From Candidatus Krumholzibacteriia bacterium (GTDB lineage Bacteria > Krumholzibacteriota > Krumholzibacteriia > WVZY01), in the NCBI GenBank assembly GCA_036478295.1, contig JAZGDW010000030.1:1-16269 (forward strand): a DNA stretch of 16,269 bases. Reading direction: 5' to 3'. A program made the translations under genes and the position numbers. Under the pieces are notes generated by a model. The model searched no databases and was not told the origin of the DNA. It saw nothing but the letters and a program-made list of their open reading frames with translations. Positions 8,214 to 15,905 of the stretch are shown here, piece by piece. How positions within the stretch are numbered: position 1 is the first letter of the stretch; every line of letters begins with the position of its first letter.

Positions 8214-11200
8214 TCACGATCCGCGTCCGTTGAGCACGGGAACGAGATCACGCAGCTTTCCTTTGGCCACGCCAATCGACGTGTCCGCCGCGCCGTAGTA
8301 GACGAAAATCTCGTCCTCTGGTTCGATGACGGCCTTGTCCACGGCGGGAACGGCGCCGCAAGCAAAGACAACGTGGGGTACCCAGTAGTCACGCTCTTCA
8401 TGCGTGCCTATTTCGAAATCGGTTTCCGGCGCCAGAATCGGGTTGGGCGATTGATAGATCACGCGAGCAGGGTCGGCAAGATCCATAAACAGGACACCGA
8501 GCCGATAGGTTCTCTCGTAGTCGACACCGTGGTAGATGTTGAGCCAGCCATGCGTGGTCTTGATCGGCTGGGCGCCGGCGCCGATCTTGATTCCATCCCA
8601 CATCATCCCCGACCGTGGCCCGGTTACGATCTGCTGTCCGGTTCTGGGCCACGGGCAGGTGAGGCTCTCCAGGTACGACACCCACATATTGGGATCGATA
8701 CGGTGGTAGACCACCCAGGACCCGTCGAACTTCTCGGGGTAGAGAACAGCGTCCTTGTTGGCCAGACCTGGAAACCCGAGACCGTGGCGTTCCCACTCCT
8801 CGAAGCGTCGCTCGATGAAGGCCTGCACCGGGATAGACGCCATCGCGATCTGCGCGATTTTCTTATCCCAGGCAGTGTAGAGCATATAGATGCGGTCACC
8901 AATCACGGTGACACGTGGGTCCTCACATCCGGCGGCCTCCGTGGCGTCAACGGGTTCGAAAATCGGGCGATCGCAACGTCCGTCGATGTGGACACCGTCA
9001 TGGCTCCACGCGAGACCGATGCGCGACACTTCATCTTCACCGAAGGCGCGGTAGAGGATGTAAACGGTGTCGCCGAGCCGTAGAGCGGCGGGGTTGAGCA
9101 CGTAACGGGACTCCCACGCGTGTTCGGGAACCGGCTCGAGCAGCGGCCCTTTCCCCATGCGTGTAAGCGCGCCCGAGGCCGGTGGCATGCTGCTCGGCGC
9201 CTGCGCGACCACGAGCTGATCGGGGTCGACCCGCACGTCCAGGAGGTGGTCGCGAAGGTTCTCCGATTCACGTCCCTCGCCCATGAGTTCCATGATTTTC
9301 TGGTCGATCGTGTTCTCGGCTCCCAGTCCCGCTCTTTCCATATAGAGGGTAAGAAACTCGCGCGTGCTCCAGTCCCGTTCGACGAGTGACGACAGCGGCG
9401 TGGGCGGCCCCATCCCTCCACGCGCGCTGAAACTGGCCCACGTCCACGCGGACAGCGGCACGAACGTGGCATCGGGCAGTGTAATCGACAGGTGATAGAC
9501 TTCCATGGCCGCTCTTAGAAAACGCGCCGCTTCCGTTTTTTGGGAATGAGATTCTTCGTCGAGGCCGGCGGCGAAGCGTTTGATCCGATCGACGAGAATG
9601 CGCTGGTGCCGGTTCTCGAACGCATTGTGTGCGCTCAAAACGTGCCGCCCCCAGTGCCCGCGGATGGACGAGACGACACGGGTCCGGAAATCCTTCTCGG
9701 CGGCGAAGCTCTCCCAGACTTCGGAGAACAACTCGACGCCGATGATACTCTGAATGAGTTTGAGGAAAAACCATAGCTTCGGGAACTCGCCCCCGAGCCC
9801 GGGCTGGAGATTCACGACCGCCATGCGTCCGGCCAGACGCGCCAGACCCGCCGTGCCGCTGAGCTCCGTTGCATAACCGAGATACTCGAGGCCGACAACA
9901 ACCGACCTCATCGGCGCCCGGTGGAACCATGTCGCGTCACCTTCCTTGGCGAAATAGTCCATGACACGCTGCAGATAATTCTGCTGGTCTGTCCAGGCCG
10001 CCGTGGCGAGCGCGTCGTTGGGATCGAACTGATCGAGCAGGGAACGGACGTTGTCGCAATGGGTGCGCATGAGGAGATTGTTCGGGGGTATCTGCGTAAG
10101 CAGATTCTCGGCGGCTTCCGGTGTCAGCTGAAAACTCTTTCCATCCCCCCGGCTCCCGCTGACAAATCGCCGGCAGATGTCTTCGGTTATCTGCCGTGTT
10201 CCGTCCACCGTTGTCAGGTTCTGAGGAAAGATGTCGCTGTCCAGCGCGCGGTCCAGCCCGTGCATGAACTGGTGCACCCGCTGCAGAATTTCGGAAGAAG
10301 CCGCCGCCTCGACAACGCCGAGATGTTCAGAAATAAACCCGGTGAATTGATTGCGGTAGCGGTCGATGAGTTCCTGGTAGATCTGGCTGGCCCACACCGA
10401 GCCGCCGTCCTTCTTGGTAAGCTCCTGCGGCACGATAACGCCGACGTTCGGGACGAATTCCCATGCACCGATCCGCGGCAAATAGGAAGCGGCGGAGCTC
10501 TTGCGCTCCAACCACGCCTGCCGAAACTGCGGCCACTGGTCCACAAAACGGTCTGTCTGTTTCTCGATGACGTATTCGGTTTCCCGTCTTACCACGGCAT
10601 CGGCCGCGGTGGCCCGCAAGAGCTTGCCGGCGTGGAAGGTTTTCTCGAACGCCGTAACCTCGTCGATGGATCGGGCCAGCCGGGCAAGGAAAAAAGCGAA
10701 CAGGCCGTCGACGATATCGTCCGGATGGAACTCACTCTCGAAACCGTAGGCGAGCACGAATTCACGCACGATCTCGATCCATTCTTCATCGTCAAGGGCA
10801 AGGTGGACCGCCCCCTGGTCGGCGAGCCGCTCCATTCTTTTCAGGAGATCGCCGGGCACAATCTTGGGAAAGAGCGTGTGGTCGTAATGATTGAACTCGA
10901 GTTTGAAACGCCGCCGCAAGGTGTCCGGCGTAAAGTGCAGCTTGTGCGGCGCGACGTCCAGCATGGGGCCAAAGACTTGTGGCCTGGCCACCGGCGCGGG
11001 TCGATCGATCCATGACCGGTCGTGCAAGACAACCTGGTGTAAGAGCGCCTGCGCCACCTGGTGAAAGACTAATTTGAGCTTGCCCACTTCGTGACGGAAA
11101 GAGGGAACTCCGAGGGGCACCTCGCAGATCGTCAGACCCTCCGCGAGCGCGCGGCAAATGGGCCATGGATCGAACCCGTACGTACCTGTTTCCTCCGACC

Positions 11201-11873
11201 ATGTGTCGGCGTCGGGAAGGCAGCCGCGAACGAGCTTGTGCGACATCGCGAAGACACCGGGCGTCGGTTGCCTCAGGTGGAGGCCAAATACGCCGGTCAG
11301 CATCGGGAAGGCAAGGAGGGACTCCACGGGATGGGCGAGCGGGTTGAGACTGAACCGGGCGAGTGCCAGGTCCTGTCCGTGTTCGCAGACTGGTTCCAGG
11401 AGTTGGGTGACCCACAGTGGTGAGAAGCCGCGCCCGGGCTTCTCGACTTTGCCCGCCTGCGGGACGAGGTTGGGTGCAAGTAACAGCAGAGGCGCTGCGA
11501 AGCGCGAGGCGGCCTCCATGACGGCGTTGATTGCCCATCCGCGGCCTTCGAGATGGCGGGCGTGCAGAAAAAAACGCGTCGGGACCTCCGGGCGTCCCCG
11601 CTTGCCTCGAAGCGCGGAGCGGAGCGTTGTCGCATGCCCTTCCGGTCCTACGCAGAGTACCAGCGCACGCTCGGACAGCCCGGCCCGCTCGAGCCCCCGT
11701 ATCGCCGTCGTCACCACGCCGCGCAGCGTGTCGGCTTCCCCGTGAAACGGTATGCCGACCACGATGTCGATCCCGTCCAGATCTGCCAACGACTCCAGAC
11801 CGCGGGTCACATCGGTCTTGAACCGGTCCCGACGTTTTTCCTCTGAGTGGCTTGCCTGTTTTTGCGTCCGCAA
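8214..11873 (-). CDS. Multidomain protein: glucosylglycerate-synthase-like GT-A domain + unknown central domain + GH130 glycoside phosphorylase/hydrolase
   Basis: TTG start with a GAGGTG RBS. N-terminal DIVVGIP, LRQP..G.F and YGFDPW. C-terminal WESRYVLNPAA, LYRA, GCEDPRV, NKDAVLYPEK, YHRI, KIGAG, YHGV, VPHVVF, YYGAAD. Confidence 0.85.
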   Translation of the reverse strand: MRTQKQASHSEEKRRDRFKTDVTRGLESLADLDGIDIVVGIPFHGEADTLRGVVTTAIRGLERAGLSERALVLCVGPEGHATTLRSALRGKRGRPEVPTRFFLHARHLEGRGWAINAVMEAASRFAAPLLLLAPNLVPQAGKVEKPGRGFSPLWVTQLLEPVCEHGQDLALARFSLNPLAHPVESLLAFPMLTGVFGLHLRQPTPGVFAMSHKLVRGCLPDADTWSEETGTYGFDPWPICRALAEGLTICEVPLGVPSFRHEVGKLKLVFHQVAQALLHQVVLHDRSWIDRPAPVARPQVFGPMLDVAPHKLHFTPDTLRRRFKLEFNHYDHTLFPKIVPGDLLKRMERLADQGAVHLALDDEEWIEIVREFVLAYGFESEFHPDDIVDGLFAFFLARLARSIDEVTAFEKTFHAGKLLRATAADAVVRRETEYVIEKQTDRFVDQWPQFRQAWLERKSSAASYLPRIGAWEFVPNVGVIVPQELTKKDGGSVWASQIYQELIDRYRNQFTGFISEHLGVVEAAASSEILQRVHQFMHGLDRALDSDIFPQNLTTVDGTRQITEDICRRFVSGSRGDGKSFQLTPEAAENLLTQIPPNNLLMRTHCDNVRSLLDQFDPNDALATAAWTDQQNYLQRVMDYFAKEGDATWFHRAPMRSVVVGLEYLGYATELSGTAGLARLAGRMAVVNLQPGLGGEFPKLWFFLKLIQSIIGVELFSEVWESFAAEKDFRTRVVSSIRGHWGRHVLSAHNAFENRHQRILVDRIKRFAAGLDEESHSQKTEAARFLRAAMEVYHLSITLPDATFVPLSAWTWASFSARGGMGPPTPLSSLVERDWSTREFLTLYMERAGLGAENTIDQKIMELMGEGRESENLRDHLLDVRVDPDQLVVAQAPSSMPPASGALTRMGKGPLLEPVPEHAWESRYVLNPAALRLGDTVYILYRAFGEDEVSRIGLAWSHDGVHIDGRCDRPIFEPVDATEAAGCEDPRVTVIGDRIYMLYTAWDKKIAQIAMASIPVQAFIERRFEEWERHGLGFPGLANKDAVLYPEKFDGSWVVYHRIDPNMWVSYLESLTCPWPRTGQQIVTGPRSGMMWDGIKIGAGAQPIKTTHGWLNIYHGVDYERTYRLGVLFMDLADPARVIYQSPNPILAPETDFEIGTHEERDYWVPHVVFACGAVPAVDKAVIEPEDEIFVYYGAADTSIGVAKGKLRDLVPVLNGRGS

Positions 11874-11976
11874 CGGTCCACCTCATACAAGGCCACGGCG
11901 GCGTAATATACCGTGCCGCCTCGCTGTCGGGGATAGAATGCAGCAACAATGAGAGGGTTTCAAGACGAACCGCTTC

Positions 11977-12921
11977 CTAGGTCTTATGGGCCGTCCAAAA
12001 AATGCGGGGAGCATCCGCATAGAGAAGAAAATAGGCTCGTAGAACCTCGCGGATGGCCCGCCACGACAGGCGGCTCGCCGCGTGAAGGAGCCGTATCAGC
12101 GGCTCCAGGAGAAGTGTGCCCGCCATCAGCCCGCCGGCCTGCCAGCGGTCGAAGTGCTTATAGCCGTACAAAATGCGACTTCGCAGGGCATAGAACATGC
12201 GCCTTGCTTTCACCTGCTGCGACGTACCGCCACTCCTGTGATACGCCTTCGCCGATGCCAGATAATAACTGCTCCATCCCGCCTGATGCGCCCGGTACGA
12301 GAAATCCAGGTCCTCGAGATAGACAAAAAACCGCTCGTCGAACCCCCCCAGTTGTGCAAAGAGCGATCCACGGACGAGGTAGAACGCGCCCATGACGTGG
12401 TCGACGGTCCTGTCTTCATCATGATCCCAGTCCGTTACAAAATGAGTCCTGAAAAGCCTGGGGCCCAGCTTGTCCAGACCCGCCATCTTGTTAAAGAACA
12501 GGGCCGGGGTGGGAAAGCGCGCGCAGGTCTTGCTTATTTGCTTGTCATCATCGACCAGCTGAATCCCGCAAATACCCACGCGACTGTTATTCTCTTGTTC
12601 CATGAAGCCGATCGGCTTGTCAAGCGACGCCTCGAACAGGCGCATGTCCGGATTGAGAAAGAGAACGTAATCTGCCTCGCTATGTCCCGCGCCCTGGTTA
12701 CAGGCGGCTCCGAACCCCACGTTTTCAGGATTGCGTATGGTTGTCAGGGGCAGGGCGCTTTTGTCCAGCGCGTCCATGGAGCCATCGGTCGACGCGTTAT
12801 CGACGATGATAACCTGGCGTAGGGTGAAGTTGTGGCGCGTTGCGTCGCGAATCGATTGCATGCACTCCCGCAACAGATCGCCGGCATTCCAGTTGACGAT
12901 AACGATATTCATAGTCGGCAA
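11977..12921 (-). CDS. Glycosyltransferase family 2 protein (WbbL/rhamnosyltransferase-like)
   Basis: IVIVNWN, VDNASTDGS, NVGFGAACNQG, LFLNPD, GAFYLVR, GGFDERFFVYLEDLD. Start is TTG 12921 or ATG 12912. Confidence 0.92.
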   Translation of the reverse strand: MPTMNIVIVNWNAGDLLRECMQSIRDATRHNFTLRQVIIVDNASTDGSMDALDKSALPLTTIRNPENVGFGAACNQGAGHSEADYVLFLNPDMRLFEASLDKPIGFMEQENNSRVGICGIQLVDDDKQISKTCARFPTPALFFNKMAGLDKLGPRLFRTHFVTDWDHDEDRTVDHVMGAFYLVRGSLFAQLGGFDERFFVYLEDLDFSYRAHQAGWSSYYLASAKAYHRSGGTSQQVKARRMFYALRSRILYGYKHFDRWQAGGLMAGTLLLEPLIRLLHAASRLSWRAIREVLRAYFLLYADAPRIFWTAHKT

Positions 12922-12939
12922 GATCGCACGTCCAAATTG

Positions 12940-14328
12940 CTAATGTTGCGGGCCCACCGGAGCATCGCAAACCGTCATGACTTCGTTCATGAAGATGTTT
13001 CTCAGGTGGTCCTCCGAGTAAACGTCCGGCGTGTGCGCCTCGTACTCGCCCGTCGTACACGCCTCGAGGAAACGCTTGACCACGGCGATCGATTCCGCCG
13101 GCGTCCGATAATCCGCGAGGAACATTTGTGGAACATCGTCAGCCACGCGCCATACCGCACCCGCCTTCTGTGTCACGGCCAAAATGGGTTTCTTCGCATG
13201 AATATATTCAAATAGTTTAAGGGGAATCACCCCTCGCAGTACGGAAAGCAGCAGCAGTCCATCTGCCTGCCGCAGGATCTCGAGCGTTTGTTTTCGTGTT
13301 ACCGCCGGTTCACATTGCAGCGCCCAACCGGTGCGTCGAAGCGGAGTCTTCCAGCGATCCACATCCCGCAGGTCGTCGCGGTTCAAATCTCCCAGCAGCG
13401 TAATGGTCCCTCCGCTCTTGTATTGTTCCGTTGCGCTGGATAGCAGGCCGAGCAGGTGACGTGGTGCGCGTGCGTTACTGGAGCTGGTGAAACGACCGGC
13501 GTGAACCAGGTGTATCGCGCGGGTTTCATCGGGATCGAGCGGATCCGGGTTTTCCGCAGTGACCGCGACGCCGGATCGTCCACGGTGTCTCGCGGTCGCA
13601 GCGTCATCCTTCACGGCATCACGCGGATTTACACCGCTCGTATCGCTCCCGGCGAGCGGATACGCATTCGTTACAACAACAGTCTTGTCGCGTGTGAAAG
13701 GCAGCCGGGTGCCAAGCAATTCGTTCCACACCGGTGACGTGACGACGATCTTGTCCGCCTGCGCGAAGACTCGCCTCTCCAGCCGGCCTTCGCGCCACCT
13801 CTGTAGTCTGTATTTTTGCAGCAGGGGCTTGTGCGGCTCGTCGAGCCAGCCGTCCCTGAGGTCGATACAAAGCCTCGTGCCCAGCCGTTCGGCGATCCGG
13901 CTCGAGGCGAGGTGAATCGATTCCGGCGGGCTGGAGGAGAGCACGCAGGCGGCACCCCGTCCATACTCTTCGACCAGCGGGTGTGTAACCACGCGCCGCA
14001 CCCATGCAATTGTCGGGTCCGGATTGAACATCAGGTATGCCAACAGTCTCCGGTACCTGTTGGGTTTCCTTCTGGTATTGGTTGTCGTCTGCGCGTCCGT
14101 ATCGCGATAGAGGCCCAGGGGATCGCGGATCGTTAATTCATGACCGAGACTTGTCGTCTCCACAGCGTCGGTCGAGCCTGCCCTGACGATAACGACGTTA
14201 TACCCCGCCTGCGACAGCCAACGCGCATACCTGTCGACCCGGTAATGGCCCACGTGGCCGGCGTGGCGCCAGTATGGTGCGATAATGAGGATCGTATTCT
14301 GGGTCGGTCGCATGGGTCTGTTTGCCAT
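12940..14328 (-). CDS. Glycosyltransferase family 4-like (GT-B) protein
   Basis: SSSPPES.HL, DLRDGW, ADKIVVTS, TNAY, HAGRF, ADGLLL, IPLKLFEY..AKKPILA. Co-oriented with the GT2 gene. Confidence 0.82.
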   Translation of the reverse strand: MANRPMRPTQNTILIIAPYWRHAGHVGHYRVDRYARWLSQAGYNVVIVRAGSTDAVETTSLGHELTIRDPLGLYRDTDAQTTTNTRRKPNRYRRLLAYLMFNPDPTIAWVRRVVTHPLVEEYGRGAACVLSSSPPESIHLASSRIAERLGTRLCIDLRDGWLDEPHKPLLQKYRLQRWREGRLERRVFAQADKIVVTSPVWNELLGTRLPFTRDKTVVVTNAYPLAGSDTSGVNPRDAVKDDAATARHRGRSGVAVTAENPDPLDPDETRAIHLVHAGRFTSSSNARAPRHLLGLLSSATEQYKSGGTITLLGDLNRDDLRDVDRWKTPLRRTGWALQCEPAVTRKQTLEILRQADGLLLLSVLRGVIPLKLFEYIHAKKPILAVTQKAGAVWRVADDVPQMFLADYRTPAESIAVVKRFLEACTTGEYEAHTPDVYSEDHLRNIFMNEVMTVCDAPVGPQH

Positions 14329-14513
14329 CCGGGGGACGCACCGCTTTGCAAGACTCGTCGTACGGCGCAGATTCTACAGCATTTTCCAGAGTCTGGGCAC
14401 TCAAAGAAGTAGGTGCCGATCGCCGCAGTTGTCGTTCGTGGACGGGGCAGCGTGCAACCCGCGACCGTCACCCGGTTAGTGGGTAACCGACCCGTACCGT
14501 CGCTTGCCCGCGC

Positions 14514-14544
14514 TTGACAACGCACTCTATTTCGTGTTTATACT
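14514..14544 (+). promoter_or_regulatory. Putative sigma70 promoter of the tRNA-Pro locus
   Basis: TTGACA (14514-14519) and TATACT (14539-14544), 19 nt before the tRNA 5' end. The 19-nt spacer is longer than optimal. Confidence 0.55.
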
Positions 14545-14563
14545 CGCATTTACGGCATTCCGT

Positions 14564-14610
14564 CGGGGCGTAGCGCAGTCCGGTTAGCGCACCTGCTTTG
14601 GGAGCAGGAG
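14564..14610 (+). pseudogene. tRNA-Pro(TGG) 5' fragment lacking the T-arm and 3' acceptor strand; probable att site
   Basis: CGGGGCG-TA-GCGC-AGTCCGGTTA-GCGC-A-CCTGC-TTTGGGA-GCAGG-AG gives the acceptor 5' strand, D-arm and anticodon arm (TGG at 14599-14601). Unrelated AT-rich sequence follows, with no GTTC loop. Confidence 0.88.
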
Positions 14611-14846
14611 TTTTGTTAGTGTAACGTCCAATTTATGAATGAGTTACAGCCTGTTGTAACGCTTGCGAACATTGTTACGAACCGCGGAATGCAGGGGTGA
14701 TTGAGGGTATTAACGGGGCCTCATAGCTTGCGCGGACAGTCACGAAATTTATGTTGTGCGGAGTGCCTCGGAACTGTGCGCTTCAAGCTCGTTCCGAGTA
14801 TATTCCCGCTTGGAAGGTCATCTGCGCCATGGAGTCTTTTCCCCGA

Positions 14847-14874
14847 TTGACAAGAATTCACGAATTGGTACAAT
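14847..14874 (+). promoter_or_regulatory. Strong sigma70-type promoter
   Basis: TTGACA (14847-14852), 16-nt spacer, extended -10 TGnTACAAT (14866-14874). Confidence 0.75.
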
Positions 14875-14880
14875 ATTATT

Positions 14881-15095
14881 AGCAGCAATGCAGTCATCAC
14901 CGGTTTGACTCTCGCTGCATCGCGTGCCGGTGGAGGGCTATCATCCCTCAACTGGAGACCCGGAAAACGGTCAACCCTCTTCAGGGTTGCCTTACCGCCT
15001 ACCGGGCAACCCACACTGCCACGCCACTACACGTGGCAAGGCAGGGCAAGGAACCGGTGTTGGAGCCGTCTGTTCAGACGGCTCCGCTTTTTTTT
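14881..15095 (+). ncRNA. Unassigned structured sRNA or leader RNA (~215 nt)
   Basis: Bounded by the promoter above and an intrinsic terminator. Contains a chain of hairpins and no plausible RBS-led ORF. Confidence 0.6.
15062..15095 (+). terminator. Rho-independent terminator
   Basis: GGAGCCGTCT-gttc-AGACGGCTCC perfect 10-bp stem, then GC and T8. Confidence 0.85.
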
Positions 15096-15143
15096 GGGGG
15101 ACAGGATTAGGAGGGCGAATAATCTATTCTTACATCTGCTGTT

Positions 15144-15166
15144 GGCGGCGGGAATCGAACCCTGTC
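15144..15166 (-). mobile_element. Degenerate tmRNA/tRNA 3'-end fragment, att-site remnant
   Basis: Minus strand reads GACAGGGTTCGATTCCCGCCGCC, a T-loop plus the 3' strand typical of ssrA ends (GGGTTCGATTCCCGCCGCCTCCACCA), without the rest of the gene. Confidence 0.55.
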
Positions 15167-15487
15167 GTAGTGCAAACCTTAACCTAATGGTGGCGTGCGA
15201 TTTCGGTCACTACCGCTTCAGGAAACTGGAGTTACTCCGCCGCCACTTGTCCTCCACAGTCCTCCCGAATCCACTGCCGTCCACCCCAGTCATGGAGATA
15301 TATTGGAGACGCTGCCGGAGCAGCCGATCCGTGGCGAAGTGTTTGTCATCGGTCACATAATCTTCTGGCGCTCAGCCGCGCTCTATCACTTCGCCTCGCC
15401 GCCGCCCAGTGCGTTCAACCGCTGCTGTGCATCCGCCACTTTTTTGTAGCAGTCAGTCTTTGGGGTGTTTGGGGGAGCGCTCCGGGT

Positions 15488-15679
15488 GTGCTGGAGATTC
15501 GCGGGGATCTAGATTCCCTACTAGACGACATCCCCCCTGCTGTTATCGACGGACTGCGAAACTGGCACAAGCTGCCCGAGAATATTCGGAGAGCCGTGGA
15601 GGCACTGCTCGGGGAAGGCGAAGACCTGACCGAATCCAAGCCGACGAAGGGATCACACGCTAGGCAGAAAAGGAGGTAG
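15488..15679 (+). CDS. Small hypothetical protein or remnant (63 aa)
   Basis: GTG preceded by GGGGGAG. Helical W.KLPE.IR.AV.ALL segment, of a kind I recall from small mobile-element proteins and integrase tails. Confidence 0.4.
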   Translation: MLEIRGDLDSLLDDIPPAVIDGLRNWHKLPENIRRAVEALLGEGEDLTESKPTKGSHARQKRR

Positions 15680-15686
15680 GCACAGA

Positions 15687-15717
15687 GGAATCGAACCGCC
15701 GACACACGGATTTTCAG
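15687..15717 (-). mobile_element. tRNA-Phe(GAA) 3' fragment, att-site remnant
   Basis: Minus strand CTGAAAATCCGTGTGTCGGCGGTTCGATTCC covers the anticodon loop through the T-loop of a typical tRNA-Phe. The 5' half and acceptor end are absent. Confidence 0.8.
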
Positions 15718-15905
15718 ATGAGTTGGTCGCCCAGCGGGAAGACTACCCATTAACGAATCGGTCTGCAGCTGGATTCGGACTCACAGGGTTAGTTCGGCTG
15801 AGAGTTCGAGACCACTTTGGGGAGCTACGGCCGCCTTGCCACACCCTTGGCCGACTGGCCTACAAATTGCACATTCCCCGATGACTCCTGCCAGGGGAAT
15901 GTGCT

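Noticed and set aside
8180..8216. Bidirectional terminator between the convergent genes
   Set aside because: Only weak 4-5-bp dyads are present, with no U-tracts.
14927..14990. SAM-I or c-di-GMP-I riboswitch
   Set aside because: Only short look-alikes (GGTGGAGGG, GGAAAAC) are present; the required flanking consensus elements are absent.
14905..15360. 151-aa + strand ORF, and 14721-15014 on the minus strand
   Set aside because: They run through a promoter, a terminator and an att scar, and have no convincing RBS.
15880..15893. Fluoride (crcB) riboswitch 3' motif GATGACTCCT
   Set aside because: No upstream GGNGATGGAGT with a P1 stem is present to complete the pseudoknot.
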